From contig QPMI01000641.1 in NCBI GenBank assembly GCA_004431415.1, forward strand, positions 1-64,000: DNA of 64,000 bases, written 5' to 3'. A program made the translations under genes and the position numbers. The stretch is from Cyanophora paradoxa CCMP329. Taxonomy: Eukaryota; Plantae; Glaucophyta. Under the pieces are notes generated by a model, which saw only the letters and a list, made by a program, of their open reading frames with translations, had not been told where the DNA came from and did no database searches. Shown piece after piece: positions 1 through 20,902 of this stretch (position 1 is its first letter; every line of letters starts with the position of its first letter).

Positions 1-786
1 CCCCCCCTCCCCCCCCCCCGGCCCTGTAGGTTTTTGTCGAGCCCCGCGTGACTCGCGGCGTGACTCGCGGCGTGACGCGGTCGGCGGCGACTCGGCTCGC
101 GCCGACGCGACGGCCGGCGCGCCGGCGCCGGGCGCCGCCTGCCCGGCGGAGCTGATCGCGCTTGCAATTGGTCGCTTATCGCAGCGAATTCGAAGTTACT
201 AAGTTAATTTCGAATCCAGAACCCCCCGCGAACTCGTGATGTCACGTGTATTGTGTACCGGGTACTAGTGCGGTGGTAGTAGGACCCTCACTAGTACGTA
301 CCAATAGTAGTCTAAATACCGTGTCCGCTCCGGATCCGGACCGATCGTCGACGTCGACGCGTACCGTGCGGCGTACGTCGACGTTCGCAATCGAATCATT
401 TGTTCCGAACGACGGACGTACACAAATTCGTATTGATGTCAATCATCCGGCCGGGGCAGAGACCCGCGTACGCGATTTTTGTCAAATTGCGGAAGAGCTC
501 GAGGGTACGCACAGGAGCAGCGCACGCGACGTTGGTCGATCAGACGTAGGCGCATATGCATGCACGCATCATCGGCATGTGCGCAGCTAGCTAGCTGCGT
601 AGCCGCTGAGCGAGCGCGCACGCGCGAGCGCAGCAACACAGATCAAGCCTAGGGACAAGATCGACAGGGAAGAAGGCGCGAGGCTGCTAGTCGTCCATGC
701 GTACGTGCAAAGCGGACCTCGCAGAAAGCAATTCCTGTAGAAAGCAAAGGACCTCGTAGGCGTCCGCGTGCGGGCGGGGGGACGAG

Positions 787-8588
<7,802 letters not shown>

Positions 8589-9240
8589 CGGCGGGAGAGC
8601 GGCATGCAGGCGGGTGCGGGCGTAGGCATCGAGGCACGAGCGCACACAGAGTGCAGCCAGATCAAGACCTAGCTAGACGGGAGGAGGCGCACTGGCGGAG
8701 GACCCCAAGGTGTAGGCAGCCCAATAGCGCTGCACGCGCAGGACACAAAGCGTGTTTCAATGTCTAGATCTAGCTGTAGTTTCAGCGAAACGTGTACGTA
8801 GTTTACTTTTATTAGAGTAGTTTGTATTTCTATGCTTCCAAGCGAAAGCTGAACGTTATCGATATTTATCAGAGCTCGAGAGCCCAGAAGAATAGAATTT
8901 TATTTAATAGAAGCTCGAGGACGAGACAGAAATCGAACTTCGTAACTAGTAACTGAAGTCGCAGAACTTGATACCCGCGGGCCGCGGCCGGCGCCGCGCG
9001 GGAAAACGTACGTATACGAATCAAGAACGGGACAAGCCTTGAAGACGAATTCAAAAATCGAAGAGCCATATTAAAAACGACAAAAAAGCAAGAAAGAGAC
9101 AGACAGTCGGACCTAGACAGACCGAGACAGACAGAGAAAGAGACTGGCAGATTCTAGACCGAGAATTCGAACAGCCTGCAGCTGCAGCTGGCAGGATCTA
9201 CCGTGTAAATACTTATTTACTGCCCCCGGCCCCCGGGCCC

Positions 9241-9389
9241 ACAAATTACTGCGTTCCAAATTTTCCATCGGCTACCAAATTACTGCGTTCCATCGGCCTC
9301 GAAAATGCATTATTTGTTAGCAAAGGGGGTAATACGTATACTGCGCTACCAAATTACTGCGTTCTAAAATTTGGAACGCAGTAATTTGT
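9241..9389. mobile_element. MITE-like/foldback element with 24-bp perfect inverted repeats
   Basis: ACAAATTACTGCGTTCCAAATTTT at 9241-9264 has its exact reverse complement at 9366-9389. Two further direct copies of CAAATTACTGCGTTC lie inside (~9277, ~9350). AT-rich island in GC-rich DNA; no clear TSD. Confidence 0.6.
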
Positions 9390-10128
9390 ATTTGCATTTT
9401 GTATTTGTGGCAGCATGCGCGTTATGAATCTTATGATCACCACAGGCGCAGCCGCGCAGGAGTCAGGACACATGCATGATCAAAACAACGTTAACACGAG
9501 GCCACACAACAACAAACCACACGGTTATCATTTCCACACGGAACACACGTGCACGCGCACCGCGCGATCCGGATCCGGGTCCGGATCCGAGCCCGAGATT
9601 CCAGCGATCGCGAGCAAAAAAAGTTCGGACCCCTCCCCCCCTCCCCCCACCCCCCCCCCTTCGGAGCGGGAGCGGGCGTGGCCGGCGCCCGCGTAACAGT
9701 TGCAGCCTTTCAGTCGCAAGTAGCAGCAGCCTGGCAGCGGCGACTGTTCCACAGCAGCGGCCGTTTCCCGCGGCCGGCCTGGCACACGGCAGTTACCGCG
9801 GTCGTAAGCTGCAGCTGGCTCGCCTGCGGCGCACACGAACGCACGATCCGCGGTTCTGATCGCTTGTGGAAGCTTCGCCGACGAACGCCGGCGCAATCGG
9901 CGCCGGCGCGGCCGCGGCGGCCTATCTTTGACCGGAGCGGCGCGCCTCTGCAGCTGGCTCCGCGGGGCGCCTCCCCGGGCCATGGTCGGCTGCAGTGCTC
10001 GAGCGCGATCTAGAGGTTCCATATGCATGAACAGCTCCGGCGGTCGCGTAAACACGCCTCCAGGCAGGCAGGGCAGGCCGCGGCCGCGGGCCGCCGTCGC
10101 CGCTGCAGCTGCGGGGCGATGGAGGACC

Positions 10129-13100
10129 ATGGCCAAGGCCAGCATGCGCGTTATGATCACCGACTGCCGCTTCCAGTCCGCAGCTCGTGCGTACGTATAC
10201 GCGTACGTGCTCCTCTTCGCGGCGCTCTGCAGCTGCGGCACCGAGCTCGTCGGCGCCGAGCGCTCTAGCTCTTCGGGCTCCGCATCCGCGGCCGGTACGC
10301 ATCTGCAGGCGCCGCGCCGACGCAGCTATAGGTTCCATCGTGGGCGCCAGCTAAGACCTGATGCGCCGAGCGGGGGTGCGACAGGGCACGCGCACGCGCG
10401 CGAGGCCGAGGCATACCGTGCGCGGCCGGAACGCTTCGGGCACGCGGTCGGGTGGGGCCGGGAGAGCCGCACGGTGGACCCCCGTACGGGCGAGATCCAT
10501 CTCCACCACTCCGAGCACCGTCCGCCCGCGCCCCGCCCCCGCCCCCGCCCCCGCCCCCGCCCCGCTCTCTGTGTCTAAACCGCGGCGGGGCGGGGCGCGC
10601 GGGGCGGGCAGGGGTGGACGGGAGCGGGCAGCGGGTGCGGGTGGCGTACCGGGGGACGCTGGCGCACCGGGAGGGCTCCGGGGCGGGGACGGTCTCGCTG
10701 GACGAGGCGGAAGGGGTGGACGCCCTCGCCTGCGACGGGTCCCCGGCCCTCGTCCTCGTCGCCGGCCTCTCCCCGCCCTCGACCCCGAGCTCGGGCGCCG
10801 GCGCCGGCGCCGGCGCCGGCCGGCCCCTCCGGATCCGCACCTTCCCCCTCCCCCCGACGCGGCGCCGGTGCCGGCGCCGGCGTCGGGCCTGCGCGGAGGG
10901 GCGCGGGGCGGGGCGACGCGGGGCGCGCAGCACGGCGGGGCGGGCCACCACGGGGCGCACTTCGGGTGGGCCCCCGGCACCGTCGTTGTCGGGGGGCCCG
11001 AGTGGCGCTGCCCGCCCTTCGCCGACACGCCCTCCCCCGCGGACGTCGACTCGGAGGCCGCGGGGGGCCTCATGCGCCGCGTGCTCGCGTCAGAGCGGTA
11101 CCCCTGCGGCGTGGAGCTCGAGGCCGCGGCCGGCACCGATCGCGAGGGCCGGCGCGAGGTCGAGGTCGGGCGGGCGGAGTGCGTGCGGCTCGAGACGGCC
11201 CCGGCGGCGCTCACGGACATCTTCCGGAGCCTCCACCTCGAGATCTTCGACGACGGTACCCCTCCCATCCCGTCCCTCCGCGCCCCGCCCCCTCCCCCCT
11301 CTCCCCCTGGCCTCCCGTACTCTCCGTGCTAGAGCGTTTGATGCCGCTGACCGGCAGCGCCGACGGCGGGGGCGGCGGGGGCGGCCCCGCATTCCGTGCA
11401 CGAGCGGCACGCGCGGCCTGGCTCCGGCGTCGACTCCCCCGGCCAGGTCCGCCCCAGCCCGCCCCGCCGCACCGCCGCACCGCGGCCCGGCCCGGCCCGG
11501 ACCCACTGTTAAAGCCGGCCCCTGACATGGCGGGCCTCAGTTCCTGGATCCGGCGAAGCACCCGGCGGTGCGGCTCGCATCGGAGGACGAGGCCCTCCGT
11601 GCGCAAACCTCCCCTTCCCCTCACCCTACCCCCTCCACCCCCAACGTTCTTTCCCCTCCCTTCTCCTTCCCCCGCCCCCCGCCCCTCTTCCGCCCCCGCC
11701 CCCTCCCTTCCACCCCCCACCCCGCCGGCGCGAGCGACTCCATGTCCCTCCGTCCCCGCGGCCGCCCCCCGCGCCCCCCCCCCCCCCCACCCCCTCCCCC
11801 AACCTCCCGCTCCCCTCCTTCTTTCTTTCCTCCCCCACCTATACTTCCACCCTCCTTCTATCCCTCCCCATTGCTTCCCCTTCTTCCCCCTTTCTTCTCG
11901 AACTGCTTCGGTTTGCCTCTCTTAGGAGGCCAGGGCCGGGGCCCTCCGTGAGCAAGTCTACCCCTCCTACTCCCCTACCCCCTGAGGATTTACCCCCTAC
12001 CCCCCCTTCCGCTCTTCCCCTCCCCTTGCCGCCCCCCCCTCCCTCCCCCCCACCCCCCACCCCCATATAGAGCTACCCCACCCCTCCCTCACCCTCCCAC
12101 CCCGTCGGCGCGCGGGTCTCCCTGTCCCTCCCGCCGGACCCCCCTCCCGCCCCCCCCCCCCCCCCGCCCCCCCCTTTCCCCCTTCCCCCCCCTCCCCTCA
12201 CTCCCCCGGCCTGATGCGCGCACGGGGGCACGGCAGACGTGCGGACGGGTCGGCTGCTGCGGGCGGTGCGGGAGCACGCGGCCGGCACCTCGGGCCTGCA
12301 CGATGACGCGGCGCCTGGCCATGCGTATGGCCCGGCGCGGCCGGCGGCGCGGGATCGAGAGCGCGGCCGCGAGGGGCCGGATCGAGGGCGGCGGCCGCTC
12401 TTCTTCGGGTCGATCTTCCGGGCGGTGGCGCGCGTCGTGGCGCCCGTCGTGCGCGCCGTCACGAGCGCCGCCAAGGTCGCCGTCAACGCCGTCGCCACCG
12501 CCGCCAAGACCGTGCGCCCTCGCCCTGAATCTGCCCCGGCCCGCCCGCCCTGCCTGCCCCTGATCTGCCTCAGGTGGTGGACGTGTCGGCGGAGGTCGTC
12601 AAGACGCCCCTCAAGGTCTTCAACGAGGGGCTCACCGCCGTGCGCGCGCTCCGGCGCCCCGCACCGCTCCGCGCCCCGCGCGGCCTAGCCCTGGTGCAAG
12701 CTGTATCCTAAGCTCGGCGCAGCTGGACGCGGCGACGGGCGGGGCGCTGGCGGGGGTGACGGGCCCGCTGAAGGACCTCTCGAACAACCTGCAGAACAAG
12801 GTGGACGACGTGAAGAACAAGATCAAGAGCAAGATCAACCAGATCGCGGCCTTCCTGGAGAGCCTCCTGGACCTGCTCAACTGCCAGACGGGCCGCTGCA
12901 CCGTCAAGTTCGACACCGCCACCAGCAGCGTCAACTACAACTGGGGCGCGCCCCTCCGCCCCGCCTCCGCCCCCGCCCCCGATTGCGGCATTTGATCGCG
13001 CGCTCCGGCCCGCAGACGAGGAGAAGAAGCGGCAGGCGAGCAGGCTGCAGCCGATCACGTACTCGCTGCGGCTGCAGAGGGAGAGCAACGTGAGCCCCAA

Positions 13101-16100
13101 GAGCGCCGACTCCTCCAACACGGCCGCTGCTGGCGGGGCGGCCACCCTCCGCATTGTCCCCGAAGAGATGTGTGCCCCGCCCCGCCCCGCCCCGCCCCGC
13201 CCCGCCCTGGCCTGGAGCCCGCCTTCGGCCTGCCCCACCGTCCGGTCGCGAATTCGAACGAGCCGCCTCCGGCCTCGCAGATACACGTATCTGGCGACGG
13301 GGATCAAGATGACGATCGAGATCGAGGACTTCAAGCTGAAGCAGTTCTCCGCGTACCGCTACGGGCAGGTCCGCGATCATGAGGCCTGCAGCTAGCACGC
13401 TGGCGGTGTTATATATTATCTTAATTACCTCGCGCGCGTGGTCGACGAGTGATATATATACCGGCGCGGGATGCGCAGGTCGAGTACCGGAACCTGCTGA
13501 ACGTGACCCTGGACGCCGAGACGAGCGTCGAGCTCATGCGGACCCTCTTCGAGAAGGCCCGCGCGCGGCCCCCACCCCCGCGCGCCCCGCCGCGGCCCGC
13601 CCTCTTTTCGAATTCTCCCTGGCGGGTGGGCTGTACATGCACGTGTGCATGTGGCTGATTTCTGCGTCCGGTCGCGCGGCGCAGAAATTCGCGGGGAAGG
13701 TGTACGCGGCCGGCCCCGTCATCTTCGTGCTCACGCCCCGCATCGAGGTCGGCATCGGCGTCGTCGGCAAGTTCGAGGGCGCGCCGCCCCCGCCCCCGCC
13801 CCCGCCCCGCCCGGCCCCGTCCGGCCCCTTGTCGTCGAGCGGGCTGCGGGCGGGGCGCGCAGCGTCGATGGTGGTGGGGCTTGACAGCAAGATCTCCGTG
13901 GGCGTCCAGGCTGGCTTCCGGTACGAGGGCGGGGCGCTGCGGCCCGACGCCGGCTGGCTCGACGGGAAGAAGCCCCTCGTCTCCTTCAACCGCCCCGCCA
14001 TGCACGACGCCTCCATCGACCTGTCCCTCATGCTCCAGGCCCGCCCCGCCCCGCGCGCCCCGGACCCACAAGAAGAAAGTCCTAAGCTTCGACGAAATTA
14101 CACGTATTTATTTATTGACATTAATTGTACATTGTCCCGGCAGTTCATCCCGGAGGGGATCCTGGACATTGCGGTGTACGGGATCAACCTGCTCGAGCTC
14201 AAGGCCGGCATCCGCTTCCAGATCGGGCTCGTCTGGAGCCCCGTGGGCGGCGACTGCGGCGCCGCCTCCTTCAAGGCGCGCGCCGCCCCAGCCGGGCCCC
14301 CTGGACCTGGGCCGTTCCGAAAACTCTAGATCAGGGGCGCTGATAATTTCCAACGCAGATTACCGCCGGGATCGTGCGTACTTCGGCTCTTAAGCTTGCC
14401 ACTGAAGCGCAGGCGGCCGCGCGCGCGCGCTGACAGCGCTCGCGCAGATCCCGAACGTGGCGGCGAGCGTGCAGCTGGGGACGATCTTCGGGGGCAGCGC
14501 CACGAAGGTCGGCGGCATCGACGCCGACGTCAAGATCAAGCCCATGGACGAGGTGCGCCGGCCCGGCCCGGCCGCGGCCGGAGGTCGGCCTTCGAATTCC
14601 CTGCCTGCCCCTAACGGCGCCCTCTTGCAATTGTCGGCGCGGGCGTCGGCAGTTCGTCCTGTGGGAGAACAGCGTGCGCGCTGACGATCGCGATCGCGAC
14701 TGGCCCTTCGAATTCGCTGAGGCGCGGCCGGCGGGGCGGGGCGGGGCGCGCGCAGTGCGGGAGCGGGGTGGAGGAGGAGGCGCCCGAGGCGGACCCGGCG
14801 CCGTGCCCCGTCAAGCCGCCGCTCGAGCCCAAGGTCGTCAGGAGGTCCGCCGTCCCCGCCAGCCTTTCCTCGGGACAAATCGATCGCGATCCGCGGCGCG
14901 GCCGCAGCACCACCGGCGCGCTGACGGTCGGCTGGAAGATGCCGCGCTACAAGGCGCGCCGTACCCCGCCCCCGCCCCTCCCTCCCCTTCTTCTGTGCCG
15001 GCTTTTATATTTATAGAACTAATGTACGTCGGTGCACGTCGCGGCGGTAGTTCGGGGCGCCGATCAAGCAGTTCGACGTGCAGCTGCGGAAGCCGGACGG
15101 GAGCTGGACGGCCGCGCAGAGCGTGCCGGCGCCGCGCACCAAGTCCAAGTTCGCCTTCCGCTTCGCAGAGCTGCAGCGCGGGGCCCTCCACAGCGTGAAG
15201 CTCACGGCCCGCCCCGCCCTCGCCCCGGGCCTCGCCTCCCCGAGCAAGGCTCCCGCCCCTCCCGGCCGAGGGGGCCCCGCGTACAACCCGCGCCTCCTCC
15301 GCTTTGCCAAGGCGGCAGCGGGGGCGCGGGCGCTGCTCGAGGGGGCCCCGGAGCCGCAGCGCTGCTCCACAGAGCCGACCGTCGCCGTCGCGCCGGCCTC
15401 CACCTCCCGTGCGCCGCGCCTCCGTTGACTGTAAACTTTCAATTTCCGCTTATTTCCGCCGGCATCGATGGAACGGCGGCAGAGAGCCCGCCTGCGGCGC
15501 CGTCGGGGACGCGGCTGGCGTCGAAGACGATGTACAGCGCGAGCATCGCGTGGGATCGCGAGGCCGGCCTCGGCGAGTACCGCGAGCGTTTTGGGTACCG
15601 CGTCCTCATCCGCCCGCCCCGCGACGGCAAAAAGGTGCGCCCGCCGAGCCCGCAAATATTTATGTCCCCGCGCCCTGACCGGCAGGCAGCACCCCGACTA
15701 CTTCCTGGTCTCCACCGCCGATGCCCTCTCCACGACCGTCACGGGCCTCACGCCGGGCTCCGTCTACAAGCTCAGGCCCGCACCGCCCGCGCCGCCCGCG
15801 CCGCCCCTCGCGATTACCGCTCGAGCCGGCCGTGCAGCTTGCAGACGCTGGCGAAGGCGACGGCGACCAAGGCGACCTCGCCCTACGTCGGGAGCGCCTT
15901 CGGGGGCGCCCTCACCGTCGAGACCCTCGGTGCCCCGAATTTCCGAATTTCCGAAGCCAAGCGAATTCGCGCGCGCCTGCGCCGAGCGTGTTGCAGGGAC
16001 GAAGCCGACGACACGCTCCGGGGGCGACTACCCCATCGCCGTCATCGCGACCTCTTCGTGCGCCCGACCCCGCGAGGGACTCGCGATCGAAACTCGTGCC

Positions 16101-19100
16101 AGCGCGCGGGGTTGATTATAATTATAAGCTGACGTCGTCGTGTTTCGCAGCGCCTGCCAGCAGCTCTCGGTGAACTGGACGGTCAACGTGCGCGGCTACT
16201 CCTCCATGTACCCCTCCGCGTTCGTCCTCCAGGCGTGCCCTGCGGCCCCTGCCCCGTGTCCCAACTCCCGCGTCTGCGTGCACGTTGCACGCTGCGATCC
16301 CGAGCGCTAATTTCACAAGCCCGCCTGGATGGCAGGTCACGCCGCTGGCGGCGGGCCGGGGCCCCTTCTGGCTGACGTACCCCGTGGCGAACGTGACGGC
16401 GGTGGTGGCGGAGACGAAGACGGTGCGGCTCGTGGCGACGTACGAGGCAGCGAGCGTCGCCCGCTCCGAGGGGCGCTCCGGCTCCGTCTCCAGCAGCAAC
16501 CCAAGCCCGCCCTCGTCCTTCCTCTACCCCATCAACAGCGCGCGCCTCTCGCCCGGTGCCGCCCCTGCTGTTAACGCGTATACGTATGCTTCGAATTTAA
16601 TTTCGCGGTCGACGTCGCGATCGCAGGCAAGTACGAGGTGGCAGTGCGAATGGACAGCTACACGGGGGGCGCGAGCGGCTACTCGCCGGCGGCCGCCGCG
16701 ACGGTCCCGGCGTGCGCCCTCGCCGGCTACAACTACCGCTCGTTCATCAGCCTCCCGGGGACGGCCATGAAGGAGGGGGAGGGGATCCAGGTCGGCTCCA
16801 AGCTCTACATCTTCCAGCGTGCGCGGGGGCGTTCGAGCCACGCAGCCTTAACTTTGCTCAGCTCCCCGACGCAGAGCTGATCGGGATGGCGAACGTGAGC
16901 AACGGGATCAAGGTGCACGCGGTGGAGCTGGCGGGGGCGACGGCGAGCACGCCGCACGCCGAGGAGGTCTTCCGCAACGTCGGGAACACGGGGTCGAACC
17001 CCCGCAACATGTACACCCAGCTCGCCACCGACGGCGCCCGGTACATCTTCATGGCCGGTGCGACGCCCGCGTGACTTGTCCAGCTCGAGCGCTGTTCTCT
17101 CGAGCGCGGGATCCGGATGTTCTCGAGCGCGGGATGCGGATGCGGGGGAGGCGGGCTAGGGCGGGCGCCCGTCGCCAAATGATCATGAGAAATTCACGAC
17201 CGCTGGACATCGATTTTCCGCAGGAGGCGGGTCCGGCAGCGGCGCCTACCTCGGCTACCAGTTCTCGACAACATTGGCGCAGTACACGCAGTGGGTGAGC
17301 GACAAGCTCATCGTCTACGGTGCGCAACGCGACATTTACCTCCATCGAACATCTTTCATTGACGTATCGCACATGCATGCACATTTCTGCAGACATCCAG
17401 GCGAGGAACTCGTTCGCCGTGGATACGCTGCCGGCGCCGGCGAAGCGCTACGGCGTGCACACCTGCTTCTACAACAAACGCCTCTACGTGATCGGGTGCG
17501 GGAATTTCCGCGATCCGGATCCGGAGCCCTTCGCGCGTCGCGCGACGCTGCAAATCATGCGATCGCGACGCCCCGGCAGCGGGTGGGACGGGACGGCGTC
17601 GTCGACGGCGTGGCCGCCCGGCGCCGCCAACTTCGTCCCGGGGCTCCTCGAGTATGTCTTTGGCAGCCAGACCGACTTCACGGCCCCGGGCACCTGGTCC
17701 GCTCTTCCCTCGACCCGACTGCGCCGCAAGCCATTTGAACAGCTGCCGACGCCGCCGCTGCTCGAACCCGCAGGAACTCGCTGACGCCGGGGGGCGCGGC
17801 CCCCGCGGCGGTGCCGGCCGCCTCGGCGCTGGTGGGGAGCACCTGGCACGTCCTCACCGCCACCATGGACCTCCACACCCTCGGTCCCGCCCCGCCCCTC
17901 GCAACATTATAGATTAAATACTGCCGGACTTCGAATTCGACGCCGTCCGAGCGGAAGGGCGCGCCGCGCGCATGCGCAGACCTGAGCCAGGCGTCGCTGG
18001 CGTGGGCGGCGGTGGCGGCGACGGGGACGAAGCCGCCGGGCCCGCGCTTCAACCCGCTCTTCTTCCGCGCCGGCGGGGCCCTCTACGTCGGGATCGGCGC
18101 CCCGACGCCCTCCTACGAGGACCCCGCCTACTACAAGGATGGCGACCTCTACCAGCTCACCCTCGGCGCGCCCCTGTTAACGTTTATGTTCACTAGGAGG
18201 GCGGGCCGGGGCGCCTCGCTCATGGGCGTCCTCGCGGCAGCCTCCGCGTCGTGGTCGTCGACGGGCAAGTGCGCGGGGGCGGCCCTCAAGCTCGGCACCT
18301 CCTACATGCACTCCTTCCGCCCCGCCGTCGCCGTCGTGGACGGCAAGGTTCGCCGGCCTGCGCTGTTTTGCAGCAGCTGTGCCGGCCGCAGCCTGCGATG
18401 AAGATTAATTTGTGGCCGTGCAGGCGTACCTGGTGGACACGCGGAGCGCGCCCTTGGCGGCCGTGTGGCTCCTGGAGCTCGCCTGCCCCGCCGCCCGCCG
18501 CGCCCTCCGCTCCGCATCCGACGAGGGGCCCCAGGCCGAGCTCGAGGGGCCCGAGGCCGAGCTTGAGCTCGACGCCGAGCCTGCCCCCGAGGAGCAGCCA
18601 CAAGCGGACCTCGACGTCTGGGCCTCGCCCCGCCGCGGTGCGAATCGAACCGCATGTTTAGCCACAGGCGCGATCGCGCGGTCACGCGCTGCCCCGGCCC
18701 GCAGGTCTCCTGCAGGCGGCCGCGGACGCGGAGCCGGCGGCGCCGCCGGTGCCGTCCGCGGCGGAGGACGCCGCCTCGTCCTCCGACGGGGCGTTCGACG
18801 CGGCGGGGGCGGCGGCGGCCGACGCCTTTCCCGAGCCGGAGGCGGAGGGGGCGGCGGCCGAGGACGCGGATGCGTTCCTCTCCGAGTATGCTGTCGCCGA
18901 CAACGGCGTGCGCCCCGTCCCCCGTCCCTTCCTGCCCCCTGCCCGGGCTGCCCCCTGCGCGCGCGGGGCGCTCACTACGTATACGCCGCCCGTGGCCGCC
19001 GGCGCCGCCAGAACGTCAACGATCCGACGGTGAGCCGGGGCCGCGCCGGGCCGGGGGCGTGCCGTCGTGATCATGATCACGAGCTCTCATGCCTGCACGC

Positions 19101-20573
19101 ACGCGCCGCGCGCAGAGCCCGAGGTACAACAAGACGACGCGCTGGCTCGCCGAGGCCCGTGGTGCGCCGCCCTCTGAGTTTTGCACATTCGCCGCTCGGC
19201 CCCGGGCCCCCCTCCGCGCCCGACGACGCGGGCGGGCGGGCGGGCGGCAGCGGCGGTGGCGGCGGCGTTCGAGGCACTGCAGACGGACAACGAGGCACCG
19301 GACCTGGTCAACCCCGACGGGGCGGACGCCGTCGTCTCCCTGGGTCCGGCCTGCGCCGCGCCCCCCGAGTGGCCCCAGAACGCAAGCCTCGGCCGCACCG
19401 CCCTCCTCGGCGAGTTCCTCTGCTCCCGCGCCGCCAACCTGTCCCTCGGGCGCCCCGCCGGCAGCCCCTTCGCCCGCCTCTGCGCCCTTCCCGTCGTCTT
19501 CGGCGCCTCGCTCGCCTTCGCGGCGCCGGCGGACGGCGTGTACGCCTTCGAAGCCGGCGGCTCGGGCTTCCGTGCCGTCGTCGACCTGCAGGCGCCGGGC
19601 TCCTGCAGCTCCCTCGCCTGCACGGGCCCCCTCTTCCCCGGCGCGCTCGCTTCGCATCCCCCGCCGCCTTGATTCTCCAGCCCCGCCCTAAACTGGCCGT
19701 GAGGGGCGCAGACGAGGCGTCGGTGGTGACGTGGTTCCTGCGGGCCGGCGAGGCAGTGACGGTGGCGGTGGCGACGCTGGCGCCCGCGGCGGGGGCCGGG
19801 GCGGGGGCGGGGGCCCTAGGCCTCCCCTGCGGCGACCTCACCCTCGACGTCCGCCTCGTCGCTCCCTACGGCCCGCCCGCCCGCCCCGCCCCGCCCCTCG
19901 GCCCCCGCCGCCCCGCCCCTCTCTCTTCTTCGCCTTCGGGGCCCGCCTCACGCCCGGCGGGCGCGCAGAGGAGCACGTGGTGGTGGACCAGGCCGGCGGC
20001 TCGGACGACCCCGCCGTCCACGGCGGCTCCGCCCCGCCCCGCTTCGCCTCCTTCGAGGCTGCCTTCCTCCACGCCGTCGCCCGCTCCGCCGCCGCCCCCG
20101 CCCGCACGGCACGTGCACGCCCCTCCGAATCCGCCCCCGCCGCTGCGCTGCCTGCAGCTGCTTTCATTCCGGCCCGCTGACGCACATGTACCCCCCCCGC
20201 CTCGCGATCGTTCCCCCCGCAGGTCGGTGTCTTCCTCCTGCCCGAGTACGCCCGCCCGCCCCGCCCCGCCCGGCCCCGCCCGGCCGCACCCGGCGCCGGC
20301 GCCGCGGGGGCCGCCGCCGCCGCCGGGCGGGCGGGGCGGTGCTGCTGCTCGGGGGCGCCCGCGTTACCTTCGACGGCTGCGTCTTCCTCTCCAACGCCGC
20401 CCGCGCCGGCGGCGCCGTCGCCGTCCTCGCCGGCAGCTCCGCCCGCTTCCAGCGCTCCGCCTTCGTCGGTCCGATCGATTTCGAATTCGCGACCGGCGGC
20501 GCGTGCCGCAGCGCCAAAAAGGGCTCTGATCGTGAGCGGGCGTTAGGGAACACGGGGACGGAGGGCGGCGGCG
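10129..20573 (+). CDS. 5' part of a very large multi-exon secreted/type I membrane protein (signal peptide, beta-rich region, FN3-like repeats, kelch-like region, start of Pmp/pectin-lyase-like repeats); interrupted by the virus
   Basis: Hydrophobic signal-like YVYAYVLLFAALCSC; FN3-like segments (LTVGWKMP, TTVTGLTPGSVYK, LSVNWT); repeats GGAVLL..VTFDGCVFLSNAARAGGAVAV; host-type GT/GC-AG introns. Whether all of it is a single gene is uncertain. Confidence 0.55.
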
Positions 20574-20644
20574 ACACATATAAAAACAAATATTATTATC
20601 CCTCGCGTTCCGCTCAGGATAATAATATTTGTTTTTATATGTGT
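20574..20644. other. Terminal hairpin (28-bp perfect stem, 15-nt loop)
   Basis: ACACATATAAAAACAAATATTATTATCC - CTCGCGTTCCGCTCA - GGATAATAATATTTGTTTTTATATGTGT; the same structure is at the right end (~46641-46711). Confidence 0.92.
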
Positions 20645-20902
20645 GTTACTATAAGTTATATAAAGATATTAGCATTTTTATCATAGTGTATATCGATATG
20701 TGATATGTATTCTATCGGTAGTTCGTAAATGAATCAATAAAAATAATATAAGTATCGTGGAATCTTTGAAAAATATGTATATATAATATGTAATCGCGAT
20801 ATAGCCGATATGTGTTTACGATGCGCGATGTGTATCTAAAACAACTACAATGTGCTGCTTGGGACGCGCCTCATATAGTCATGTGTATCACCTACGTAGC
20901 TT

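Noticed and set aside
11600-12215. 600-bp C/T-rich low-complexity tract
   Set aside because: No periodicity or coding signal; probably an expanded intron or low-quality consensus.
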